From the NCBI GenBank assembly GCA_030629005.1, contig DAOVPV010000001.1, positions 57,427-121,426 on the forward strand: a stretch of 64,000 nucleotides of DNA, in the 5' to 3' direction. Position numbers and translations under genes: made by a program. Below the pieces are notes generated by a model. That model was given only the letters and a program-made list of their open reading frames with translations, did no database searches and was not told where the DNA came from. Source of the stretch: a bacterium. GTDB lineage: Bacteria > Babelota > Babeliae > Babelales > UASB340. The stretch's first letter is position 1. Each line of letters begins with the position of its first letter. This document shows positions 8,416 through 16,567 of the stretch, in pieces.

Positions 8416-9480
8416 TTAATATTTAAAAATTTGTAACTTGGCAACCTTGCCATCACTATTTTTTATTAAACAACCATCAAGACCAACCAAAGGTTCTTCC
8501 AAAACTAAATTATTTAAATCCAAAGAAGAATCTTCACTTATTTTCTCTTTAGCGCTAGGATCTATAAAATTTATATTTAATAAATTAATTGCATCCAATT
8601 CAGACTTAGCCTTTTTTTCTAATAAATAAGAAAATTTAAATGGAAGAAGATTTAAGTTTTTTAAATCTGAAAAAGAACTTAAGTTATAAGAACCCGCCAC
8701 CGATTCAAGTCTATTCGCAACTAAAAAAGAAATTTGCCATACAAATTCTACTAATGCGGCACTAAAAATTGCTGTTTTAGCAAAGTCTTTTAAAAAATTT
8801 TTAGGCTCAAGTAAATTATCAATTTTTTTAAAATCATATGACCAAACAAATAATCTAAAATGCCATCTCAACAAATTACTAATTACCACAGACTCTAATA
8901 AAAATTTTAAATGTTCCTTAGAAAAAATTCTTTTTAAATAAATATTCTTTTGTTTATCAAAGCTCTCCCTAAAAAATAAAGGCTGATCCTTAAGCTTAGC
9001 CAACTCAGAAGTAGCACCACTACTTAAATGAACACTATGTATTTTTTTTATCACAAAAAAATTACCCAAATCCGTAATAGTTTGACCTATTTTTAAATTT
9101 TTGGCTTTAACAAAACGAGCATCTAATATTAACTCAGCTAAAGATTTTAAAGAATTATTTTTTAAATCTTCAAAAGAAGTCTTTTTTATAGTATTTATAA
9201 GCGTTTCATTTATAATCTTTTTAGAAGAAGCATTAGAAAAAATTTGCTCCTCATTAGACAATAAAAATAGTTTTTTTGCACTAAATTTACTTTCTAACTC
9301 AAATAAAACCCATTTAGCACCACACTCAATAACATTAGATTTTAAACCAAATACAACAAAATCATCTGGCGCCTGTTCAGCTTCTACATTCAAGCTTTGT
9401 AATTTAAGAGAATGTTCACCTGCACCAGCATTTAAACTATTAAAAAGTAAAACCAATAAAATAAGTTTCAAAAATTTCAT
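8416..9480 (-). CDS. secreted hypothetical protein, possibly a degenerate Hint-like paralogue
   Basis: signal peptide MKFLKLILLVLLFNSLNA; ARFVKAKNLKIGQTITDLGNFFVIKKI resembles the W..A..LK.GD block of its neighbours; terminal HN absent. Confidence 0.4.
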   Translation of the reverse strand: MKFLKLILLVLLFNSLNAGAGEHSLKLQSLNVEAEQAPDDFVVFGLKSNVIECGAKWVLFELESKFSAKKLFLLSNEEQIFSNASSKKIINETLINTIKKTSFEDLKNNSLKSLAELILDARFVKAKNLKIGQTITDLGNFFVIKKIHSVHLSSGATSELAKLKDQPLFFRESFDKQKNIYLKRIFSKEHLKFLLESVVISNLLRWHFRLFVWSYDFKKIDNLLEPKNFLKDFAKTAIFSAALVEFVWQISFLVANRLESVAGSYNLSSFSDLKNLNLLPFKFSYLLEKKAKSELDAINLLNINFIDPSAKEKISEDSSLDLNNLVLEEPLVGLDGCLIKNSDGKVAKLQIFKY

Positions 9481-9495
9481 AAATTCCCCAATAAA

Positions 9496-10656
9496 TTACA
9501 AACCATAATCACCATCTACGCAATCCTTATCCTTCGCTTCAGGATCATATGGATCATCAACATGAGACCAATCCACCTGCTTATACTCGTAATCATAAGC
9601 ATCATCAACAATCTTATCAACCAACATTCCACCCTTCTTGCAAGCATAAAAAGATTGTCCGAAAACAATCCCAGCAACATCAATATCTTCACTTAAAGTT
9701 GTAATGTAATCTTTAATTTTCTTTAAAAATTTAATAATCGGCTCAGGCAATTTTTCCTTATATTCCGAAAGTGAATTTAAAATCGGCTTTATTATTTCCA
9801 TAAATTTATCTAAAGGGACATGTTCAGATATCTTTTTAACCAAGACGGATGATTCATGAGAAAAATTATCAAGACGATAAAGAACGGATGCGTGTATAGC
9901 AAATCCAAGAAATCCCCCAACCAAAACACCCACAAGGGTAGCTTTTGCAACCGTTTTTACAGATAATATACCTTTCTTATGAGACTTCCATGCTGCATAA
10001 CCACCACCTGCAATACCACCAATTAAAGCACCAATCCAGATACAAGTCAAAACACCAATATTATGAGTTAGAACATAATGACCTTCACTATCTATTAAAT
10101 AAAAAGTGTGATGCTCTTTCAATGAAAGTTCAACCAAATCAACTTTACTGTTAAATTCAACACGCTCTGCTTTAACAACCTCCAATTCATTATATTGCGA
10201 ACCTCTTATTCTATCTCCAACCTTTAAATCCCCCGCGCTAGCCCAAATTGCATTCAAAAAAAGATTTAGGTATTTTTCTTTACCTTTTTTTATACTATTT
10301 ATTAACTTTGGTTTTAACTTATGTAAAACATCCATTCTATAAAACTTTTGGTCCTCCCCAACCATTAATAAACCAGATTTACCATCGCTATCTCTCAACT
10401 CAAGTAAAATTGCAGATTTTGTACCACCATCTTTTACCATTAAATCAAGAACTTCTGTTTTATACAAACGACATTCTTCTTGATCTTCAGCCATTGATAT
10501 AACAGTGTCACCCTTCTTTAAATCTTGAACCATTTTAAATTCATTTTTACCCGTTTCAACAATAGACTCCGGAAGAAGGCCTGCAACAACGGTTCTTGAA
10601 TTTAACAAAAGCAGAATAAATAAAATTTTATAAAAAATACTTTTTACGTAAAACAC
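9496..10656 (-). CDS. secreted Hint-domain protein with post-Hint glycine-zipper TM segments and orphan C-terminal domain
   Basis: signal peptide; Hint blocks LLPESIVETGKNEFKMVQDLKKGDTV .. IWASAGDLKVGDRI .. HHTFYLIDSEGHYVLTHN (nt 10060..10578); then GALIGGIAGGGYAAW and LVGVLVGGFLGFAI. Confidence 0.75.
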   Translation of the reverse strand: MFYVKSIFYKILFILLLLNSRTVVAGLLPESIVETGKNEFKMVQDLKKGDTVISMAEDQEECRLYKTEVLDLMVKDGGTKSAILLELRDSDGKSGLLMVGEDQKFYRMDVLHKLKPKLINSIKKGKEKYLNLFLNAIWASAGDLKVGDRIRGSQYNELEVVKAERVEFNSKVDLVELSLKEHHTFYLIDSEGHYVLTHNIGVLTCIWIGALIGGIAGGGYAAWKSHKKGILSVKTVAKATLVGVLVGGFLGFAIHASVLYRLDNFSHESSVLVKKISEHVPLDKFMEIIKPILNSLSEYKEKLPEPIIKFLKKIKDYITTLSEDIDVAGIVFGQSFYACKKGGMLVDKIVDDAYDYEYKQVDWSHVDDPYDPEAKDKDCVDGDYGL

Positions 10657-10859
10657 GGAATCCCTTCAAAAATGTAAACTTAAAAGAAATTAAAACATGC
10701 TTTAGAATATTAAATAATATCGAAAAGTAAAGGCATTTTTGACAAAAAATAATTTCATAAAATATCAATTTTTAAAAATTTTATTTTACTTAAACTTTAC
10801 ATACCAAAAAAGAAATAGTAATTTAAGCCAAAAATTAACAAAAATCAAAGGAATTCATT

Positions 10860-11432
10860 ATGAAAAAATATTTTATAACATTATATTGTTTAACTCTTTT
10901 TGGAAATGTTTTTGCCACAGACAACCCAGTGAATTTACAAGAAATTTCCTCCACTAATAAAAAAGATGAACAAGCATTAGAAGAAATAATAGATAATTCT
11001 ATCATTCAATCAAAATTATCAAATTTAAAAGATAAAGTCTCAGACGCAATATCTGTGAAAAACTTAATTTACATAAGCATAATTGGTGCAATTGCATACA
11101 ACTATAATTTTATAATAAAGCATTCAAAGCAATTTTTAAAAAAGAAATACAATAAAAAAAGAGATTCAGTTCCTTATACAATACCATTAGATACACCACT
11201 GATTCATACATTTGAAAATTATCCAGAATTATATGAAGCAATGAAAAAGGCTTATGAAAATTTAACAACAACAAGACGACGATGCCTAGAAAGCTTAAAA
11301 AAGAAACTTGAAGATACAAACACGGAAGATATACGTAATGGTAAAAAACCATCAAAAAAAGATGCGTATAAATGCTTAATTGAGCAAATAAAAATATTTG
11401 AAGAAGATTACGGCAAAGCCGAAGAATTATAA
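10860..11432 (+). CDS. hypothetical signal-peptide / single-TM protein
   Basis: 190 aa; MKKYFITLYCLTLFGNVFA signal-like; TM LIYISIIGAIAYNYNFII; K/E-rich C-terminus. Confidence 0.45.
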   Translation: MKKYFITLYCLTLFGNVFATDNPVNLQEISSTNKKDEQALEEIIDNSIIQSKLSNLKDKVSDAISVKNLIYISIIGAIAYNYNFIIKHSKQFLKKKYNKKRDSVPYTIPLDTPLIHTFENYPELYEAMKKAYENLTTTRRRCLESLKKKLEDTNTEDIRNGKKPSKKDAYKCLIEQIKIFEEDYGKAEEL

Positions 11433-11435
11433 ATA

Positions 11436-11474
11436 AAAAGGCCTCCTACAAAATTTTATAGGTGGCCTTTTTTA
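11436..11474. terminator. hairpin terminator between convergent genes
   Basis: AAAAAGGCCTCCTA..TAGGTGGCCTTTTTT (one mismatch in the stem), A-run and T-run on either side. Confidence 0.6.
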
Positions 11475-11492
11475 TTATATTAATTATCTTTT

Positions 11493-12257
11493 TTAATCTC
11501 GAGTCACATTAACAATATTACGCACAACTTCATTAAAACGTTTTCCTTGTCTATTACGGTCTTTTCTCTTTTCTTTATATATTTCCCCTTTAACCTCATA
11601 TTCAATTTTTTCTATGATAAAATCATAAATATCTAGACAACATTCTTTTAAACCATCTTTACCACTATCTAAATAGTCTTGATACATATCATCAAATGTT
11701 TCATGTAATTCTTCAGGAACAAGCTCTCTTGTATTTAACTCATTAGCATCTTCGTTTATTTCAGGATTATACTTTTCAAAAAATAATTCGAAAATCCTTA
11801 TAATTTTTTCTCGTTTAATCTTTTTGGTTAAAAACAACCAAGAAATAAAATCTGCAGAAAAGAAACCAATAGCAGAACCAATCCCTATCAGAATAATACT
11901 TGTAGCTGCACCTTCAAAATCAAGACCAATTTTCTGATCCATAAAACATGAAAAACCAGCCGGAATAGCTAAAATTGCTTTACCAATATTTTTAGTTATG
12001 TTTTCTGTTTTTGAATCTGCAAGACCTAATTCTTTTATTAATATTTTTTCAAAATAACCCCACTTTTTATCTGAATAAAATTTTTTCATAGTTTTTGTTA
12101 AAGCTGTAGGATCCTTTTTTCCAGCCAATAAACCAGAAAAAGAAACTATCGAAATAGTCATTAATAAAACGAATAATTTAATATTATGCTTTGCCATATA
12201 ATCCTCGCCAACACCGCAGGTTAATAAAACACCGATTTCAAAAGGCAAATCTAGCAT
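11493..12257 (-). CDS. hypothetical membrane protein, paralogue of 5667..6290 (likely true start 12197)
   Basis: internal ATG at 12197 is preceded by GAGGA and yields signal-like MAKHNIKLFVLLMTISIVSFSGLLAG; shared YNP..N / VP.EL..TFD.MY..Y motif. Confidence 0.5.
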   Translation of the reverse strand: MLDLPFEIGVLLTCGVGEDYMAKHNIKLFVLLMTISIVSFSGLLAGKKDPTALTKTMKKFYSDKKWGYFEKILIKELGLADSKTENITKNIGKAILAIPAGFSCFMDQKIGLDFEGAATSIILIGIGSAIGFFSADFISWLFLTKKIKREKIIRIFELFFEKYNPEINEDANELNTRELVPEELHETFDDMYQDYLDSGKDGLKECCLDIYDFIIEKIEYEVKGEIYKEKRKDRNRQGKRFNEVVRNIVNVTRD

Positions 12258-12300
12258 TTTTATTTTTTATAAGCAAGAGGCTTTAAACTGCTAAAATTAA

Positions 12301-12330
12301 AAAAAGGGCTTTGCGTAAAGCCCTTTTTTT
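12301..12330 (-). terminator. rho-independent terminator after 12357..13139
   Basis: AAAAAGGGCTTTGCGTAAAGCCCTTTTTTT, GC stem GGGCTTT/AAAGCCC with flanking runs. Confidence 0.75.
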
Positions 12331-12356
12331 AAATATATTTACAAAATTTATTTTAT

Positions 12357-13139
12357 TTAGCTTCCTGGAAACCATTTATTTTTAACCCAAAGCCCTATAA
12401 CCACAGGCACAACAGAAACAACAATCCCCATTGCTTTAGATACTCCATCAGTAAACATTAAACCAATTGAATCCATTTTATTATTAAATAAATTATCCCA
12501 AAATCCAGTATTTAAACCAAGTTTTTGCTTAAACTCAATAGTTCCATCAATTTCACCTCTTAACTGTCCATACTCAGCTAAAACAGGTAAAATTTCATCT
12601 TTTCGTTCAACTACAGAATCTAAAAAAGCACCTGTTACCTTTGATGTACCAGTAACTAAAAGACCTATAAAAGAATCTGTTATTTTTTGAGCAACATCTA
12701 AGGGATAATAATGAGTTAATATCACATATAAAGGAACAACGATTAACATCGTCTCGATAAAGCCTTTTCTTGTAAACATGGCATCAACACGGCCAGCGGT
12801 CCAATTATAGCTTGTATTAATAACATTCCATGTCTTAGAAAGTACCGCCAATCTTTTTTCATTTTTTTTATGACTTACAACCTGTTCTAATTTTTTAGAA
12901 TAATGCTTTAAAGCTTCAGAAATAATTTTTCGTTCATCCGAACTAAAAGACCTTAAGCCATCTTTAGCAAAAGAACCATCATTTTCATCTTGAATGTATA
13001 ATGTTTTTTCAGGGTAAATTTCAGCAAAAGACCTCTCTGTTGTAATATTTGCTACAACAAAAGAAGATGTCATTGCTAAAATTATAAGAATTGTTCCGAA
13101 GATAACCTTTTTCATAATAAACCTCCAATTCATATTCAT
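12357..13139 (-). CDS. hypothetical membrane protein
   Basis: 260 aa; signal-like MKKVIFGTILIILAMTSSFVVA (from internal Met); several hydrophobic segments; no recognisable motif. Confidence 0.45.
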   Translation of the reverse strand: MNMNWRFIMKKVIFGTILIILAMTSSFVVANITTERSFAEIYPEKTLYIQDENDGSFAKDGLRSFSSDERKIISEALKHYSKKLEQVVSHKKNEKRLAVLSKTWNVINTSYNWTAGRVDAMFTRKGFIETMLIVVPLYVILTHYYPLDVAQKITDSFIGLLVTGTSKVTGAFLDSVVERKDEILPVLAEYGQLRGEIDGTIEFKQKLGLNTGFWDNLFNNKMDSIGLMFTDGVSKAMGIVVSVVPVVIGLWVKNKWFPGS

Positions 13140-13236
13140 TAAGTTACAAGTTTATTATCCCTCTTTAATGAAAAAGGACAAATGCTCTATCAATTGAAAG
13201 TGCGAATTGAAGATAAACTTCACGTTTTTATGATTT

Positions 13237-13257
13237 TCGGAAGAAACATTTAATGTT
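13237..13257 (+). repeat. copy 1 of recurrent motif TCGGAAGAAACATTTAATGTT
   Basis: exact 21-mer; contains the 6-1-6 palindrome AACATT-T-AATGTT; intergenic. Confidence 0.8.
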
Positions 13258-13344
13258 TTGGAATAAAATAAATATAAGCTTACAATGTGTAACAATTTCA
13301 ATGTGTAAACTTTTATCGAACAAGCAGGAAATAACCTTAAGAAA

Positions 13345-14097
13345 TTAATGATTCAAAAAATTATATAGATCTGTTTTATCTTCTAAAATATCATTCTCTT
13401 TATCAAAAGTATCCACAATCTGCCCATCTTTCATAAAATAGATAATATCTAAAATAGATTTTATAAAAGGCATATCATGACTACAAAGAACAACTGTAAC
13501 GCCATCTTTGACAAGGTCTTTTAAAACATTTTTAAATGAATTGGTGCTTTCCGGATCTAAAGCAGAAGTTGGTTCATCAAACAACAACAATTCTGGTTCA
13601 AGGCAAAGAGCTCTAGCAATTGCAACACGCTGCTTCTGTCCACCAGAGATATTCGCAGGATACTTGTTTGCCAGCTCCTTTATGTCCAAGGACTCTAAAA
13701 CAAGCTCCGTTTTAAGCAAAGCTTCTTCTTTTTTTCGTTTAAGAACATCAATTTGAGGGTGCAAACAATTTTGTAAAACTGTCATATGAGGGAAAAGATC
13801 AAAGTGCTGAGTTACAAAACCAATATGTTTCACTCTTTCGGCCAAAGAAAAATCTTTTATTCTTTTAGAGCCAAACTTTTTAGAACTTAAAGTTAATGTT
13901 CCTGAATAATTATTAATAAGATTACAAATACATTTTAAAAGTGTAGTTTTTCCAGATCCACTTCTTCCTATAAAAGAAGTAACCCTACCTTTTTTTATTT
14001 CAAAATTAACAGACTTTATAATCTTTTTTCCAGCGATCTCTACAACTATATTTTTAGCTTTCACCATGAGTAAGCCCCTTTTCAATTTTTTTAGCAA
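13345..14097 (-). CDS. polar amino acid ABC transporter ATP-binding protein
   Basis: Walker A GRSGSGKTT; signature ISGGQKQRVAIARAL; Walker B LLLFDEPTSALD; FDLFPHMTVLQN. Confidence 0.9.
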   Translation of the reverse strand: MLKKLKRGLLMVKAKNIVVEIAGKKIIKSVNFEIKKGRVTSFIGRSGSGKTTLLKCICNLINNYSGTLTLSSKKFGSKRIKDFSLAERVKHIGFVTQHFDLFPHMTVLQNCLHPQIDVLKRKKEEALLKTELVLESLDIKELANKYPANISGGQKQRVAIARALCLEPELLLFDEPTSALDPESTNSFKNVLKDLVKDGVTVVLCSHDMPFIKSILDIIYFMKDGQIVDTFDKENDILEDKTDLYNFLNH

Positions 14098-14728
14098 TAG
14101 CAGATATCGTTGTAGTTACAACCAAATAAAGAAATGCAAGAGAAAGAAATATCGGCATGGGCTGCAATAGTCTTGCATTTATATTTCCCCCAATACGAGT
14201 CATTTCAACTAATCCAATAACAGAAAGAATAGATGTATCTTTTATAAGAACAACCAACTCACTTGTAAGAGCCGGTAAAATATTTTTTAACATTTGTGGC
14301 AAAATTATATATCTCATACTAGAAAAGAAGTCATAACCCAAAACATAACAAGCATCCCATTGACCTTCTGGAATAGAATTAATTCCAGATCTTACAATCT
14401 CAGAAACATATGCAATAGAATTACAACCAAGCGCTAAAACACCTGCTGCAAATGGAGTTAAATTTATTCCCAAAAGATCCGGTAAAGCAAAGTAAACAAT
14501 AAGAACCTGTACATATAAAGGCGTTCCTCTAATTATCAAAACATAAAAATTTATAAAAGCAGAAATCCATTTTGTTTTAACTTTTTTGGAATTTAAAATA
14601 CCAAATAAAAGTCCTCCAGCTATTCCTATAGCCGTTGAAAGAACACCAACCTTTAAGGTTACAACCAGCCCCTTTAATAAAAAGGGAAAAGCATAAGATA
14701 ATAAATCAATAAGCTTACTATTTACCAT
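14054..14728 (-). CDS. polar amino acid ABC transporter permease
   Basis: 224 aa, multi-TM; His/Glu/Gln/Arg-type permease pattern (IIRGTPLYVQVLIVYFALP); operon with ATPase and binding protein. Confidence 0.85.
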   Translation of the reverse strand: MVNSKLIDLLSYAFPFLLKGLVVTLKVGVLSTAIGIAGGLLFGILNSKKVKTKWISAFINFYVLIIRGTPLYVQVLIVYFALPDLLGINLTPFAAGVLALGCNSIAYVSEIVRSGINSIPEGQWDACYVLGYDFFSSMRYIILPQMLKNILPALTSELVVLIKDTSILSVIGLVEMTRIGGNINARLLQPMPIFLSLAFLYLVVTTTISAIAKKIEKGLTHGES

Positions 14729-15494
14729 TACTAAACCACTTCTTCTCTAATTTTTTTATAGTTCCATCTTTTTTTAAACTTAAAACAATATTATTAATTT
14801 GCTCTATAAGCTTTTTATTTTCCTTTTTTATAGCAATACCATGTCCAAAATCTTGGTCTTGAGGATCTAAAGGTACATTTAAAATTTTTAATTCATTAAA
14901 TTTATTTTTTAAATCTTCTACGACCAACGTTTCTATTACACAGGCAACAGATTTTCTGTATTTAATGTCCATAATTAAATCCGATATTTCAGCTAATGGC
15001 TTTATATCAAGAAAATCAAATTTAGATAAAAACTCTTCTTGAATATTTCCAGCCTGAACAGACACAGTTTTGTTTTTGTAATCCTTTAAATCATCAATAG
15101 AATTTATATCCTCAGGAATCTCTCCCCAAAAGACCAATGGAAATTCCTTTTCTCCGTCTCCAGAATAATGAATCATTTCAACTTCTTTTTTCTTATCCTG
15201 AGTAATAGAAAGGCCTGCAATAATCAAATCTATTTTAGATTGCTTTAACGATATAACTAAAGCATCAAACGGCATATTCTTTACAACCAATTTTTTACCC
15301 ATTTTATCTGCAATAATTTGAGCCAAGTCAATATCAAAACCAATAACCTCGCCCATTGCATCCATAAATTCATATGGCACAAAACCTGAATTGGTACCCA
15401 CAACCAAAATTGAATCCTTATTAACTTGATTGTCTTTAAAGCATCCAACCAACAAAATAAGTGGCAGAAATAAAACAATTATTTTTTTAAACAT
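14718..15494 (-). CDS. amino acid ABC transporter substrate-binding lipoprotein (family 3)
   Basis: lipobox LLVGC; GFDIDLAQIIADKMGKKLVVKNMPFDALVISLKQSKIDLIIAGLSIT typical of family-3 binding proteins. Confidence 0.85.
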   Translation of the reverse strand: MFKKIIVLFLPLILLVGCFKDNQVNKDSILVVGTNSGFVPYEFMDAMGEVIGFDIDLAQIIADKMGKKLVVKNMPFDALVISLKQSKIDLIIAGLSITQDKKKEVEMIHYSGDGEKEFPLVFWGEIPEDINSIDDLKDYKNKTVSVQAGNIQEEFLSKFDFLDIKPLAEISDLIMDIKYRKSVACVIETLVVEDLKNKFNELKILNVPLDPQDQDFGHGIAIKKENKKLIEQINNIVLSLKKDGTIKKLEKKWFSNGK

Positions 15495-15570
15495 TAAAAA
15501 CCTTTTTAGAAAATTTTAGAATTAAGAAACAATATAACACATCTGATTGCAAATAATAAGCTATTAACAA

Positions 15571-15740
15571 GGACTTAGACCCCGCATCCAGTGCAGGGTA
15601 ACAAATTCAATAATATTAGACCGTTCGTAAGACCCATTCGACTTCGTGGCAAGCCACTACGCTCAGGGCGAACGGGAAACCGTACAAACCTGACCGTTCG
15701 CCCTGAGCGTAGCAACTTGTTGCGTAGTCGAATGGGTTTT
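15571..15740. repeat. GC-rich long imperfect palindromic element (MITE-like or structured RNA)
   Basis: nested inverted repeats ACCCATTCGACT (15632-15643)/AGTCGAATGGGT (15727-15738) and 19-bp CTACGCTCAGGGCGAACGG (15657-15675)/CCGTTCGCCCTGAGCGTAG (15694-15712); shares CCGTTCGCCCTG with the mutL insert. Confidence 0.7.
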
Positions 15741-15779
15741 ATCAAACTTATTCATATTAACAGCTTAAATAAAGGCTAT

Positions 15780-15825
15780 TGACAAACCCCCCTCACAAAA
15801 TGTATTATATGAATATATATTCATA
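15780..15825 (+). promoter_or_regulatory. putative sigma70 promoter plus 16-bp perfect palindrome upstream of the DUF5320/DUF134 operon
   Basis: TTGACA (15780-15785), 18-nt spacer ending in TG, TATTAT (15804-15809), then ATGAATATATATTCAT (15810-15825). Confidence 0.45.
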
Positions 15826-15862
15826 ATGATTTTATTATACTTAAAACAGAAGGGAAATAAAT

Positions 15863-16162
15863 ATGCCAAGATTTGATGGAACAGGACCTCGTGGCCTCGG
15901 TTCAAAAACAGGAAGAGGTCAAGGAAGATGTCAAAAAGGCGGTACCGAGGCTCAAAATCCAGGTTTTGGTCAAGGTAGAGGCGCAGGGCAAGGTCGTGGT
16001 CAAGGCTTAGGACAGGGACAAGGACAAGGTTTCGGCAAAGGGTTGGGGAATGGTTTTGGATATAGCCAAAATTTAGACTCACAAAGCAAACTTGAAGAGC
16101 TAAAGGCATACAAAGCTAGACTTGAAAGCGAAATTGCCGACTTAGAAAAACAAACAAAATAA
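15863..16162 (+). CDS. DUF5320 family protein
   Basis: hallmark N-terminus MPRFDGTGPRGLGSKTGRGQGRC; Gly/Gln/Arg-rich middle; C-terminal coiled coil LEELKAYKARLESEIADLEKQ. Confidence 0.8.
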   Translation: MPRFDGTGPRGLGSKTGRGQGRCQKGGTEAQNPGFGQGRGAGQGRGQGLGQGQGQGFGKGLGNGFGYSQNLDSQSKLEELKAYKARLESEIADLEKQTK

Positions 16163-16164
16163 AA

Positions 16165-16566
16165 ATGAGGTTTGGAATGAATAATATAAAAAAAATAACA
16201 AAAATAAGCTTAATTCTTGTATTTGGATTGCTAATAACAAAAGCATATTCAAGAAACTTTGATGGAACCGGTCCAAGAGGATTCGGTCCAAAAACCGGTT
16301 TAGAACAGGGAGACTGCCAAGAACCCAACAAAAATCAACCTAAAACGGAACGTTTTGGTCGTAAACAACGAAGAAATTATAAACAAAGACAAGATTTTAA
16401 AAGAAATAATACAAGAAATGGTGGACTTGGCTTAGGAATCAATCGCAATAAAAATCTTAATTCACAAAAAAAGATTAAAGCGTTAAAATCACATCAAATT
16501 GAAGTTCAAAAAAAGATTGATGATTTATCGGAAGAAACATTTAATATTAATGAAAATTTAAAATAA
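16165..16566 (+). CDS. DUF5320-like protein with N-terminal signal/anchor sequence
   Basis: ITKISLILVFGLLITKAYS then RNFDGTGPRGFGPKTGLEQGDC (same motif as the upstream gene); C-terminal coiled coil. Confidence 0.65.
   Translation: MRFGMNNIKKITKISLILVFGLLITKAYSRNFDGTGPRGFGPKTGLEQGDCQEPNKNQPKTERFGRKQRRNYKQRQDFKRNNTRNGGLGLGINRNKNLNSQKKIKALKSHQIEVQKKIDDLSEETFNINENLK
16528..16548 (+). repeat. copy 2 of recurrent motif (TCGGAAGAAACATTTAATATT, 1 mismatch)
   Basis: inside the 3' end of 16165..16566, ending 20 nt before the DUF134 start codon. Confidence 0.7.
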
Positions 16567-16567
16567 A

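Noticed and set aside
7366-10656. The Hint domains as genuine self-splicing inteins or homing elements
   Set aside because: There is no Cys/Ser/Thr at position 1 or +1, no TxxH block, no host protein interrupted by the domain, and no homing-endonuclease insert. The domains sit right after signal peptides, which fits a cleavage or release role rather than splicing.
15591-16331. ORFs 15591..15782, 15765..16109 and 16116..16331
   Set aside because: The first is a read-through of the GC-rich palindromic element. The other two are antisense to the DUF5320 genes, whose family motifs support the plus strand.
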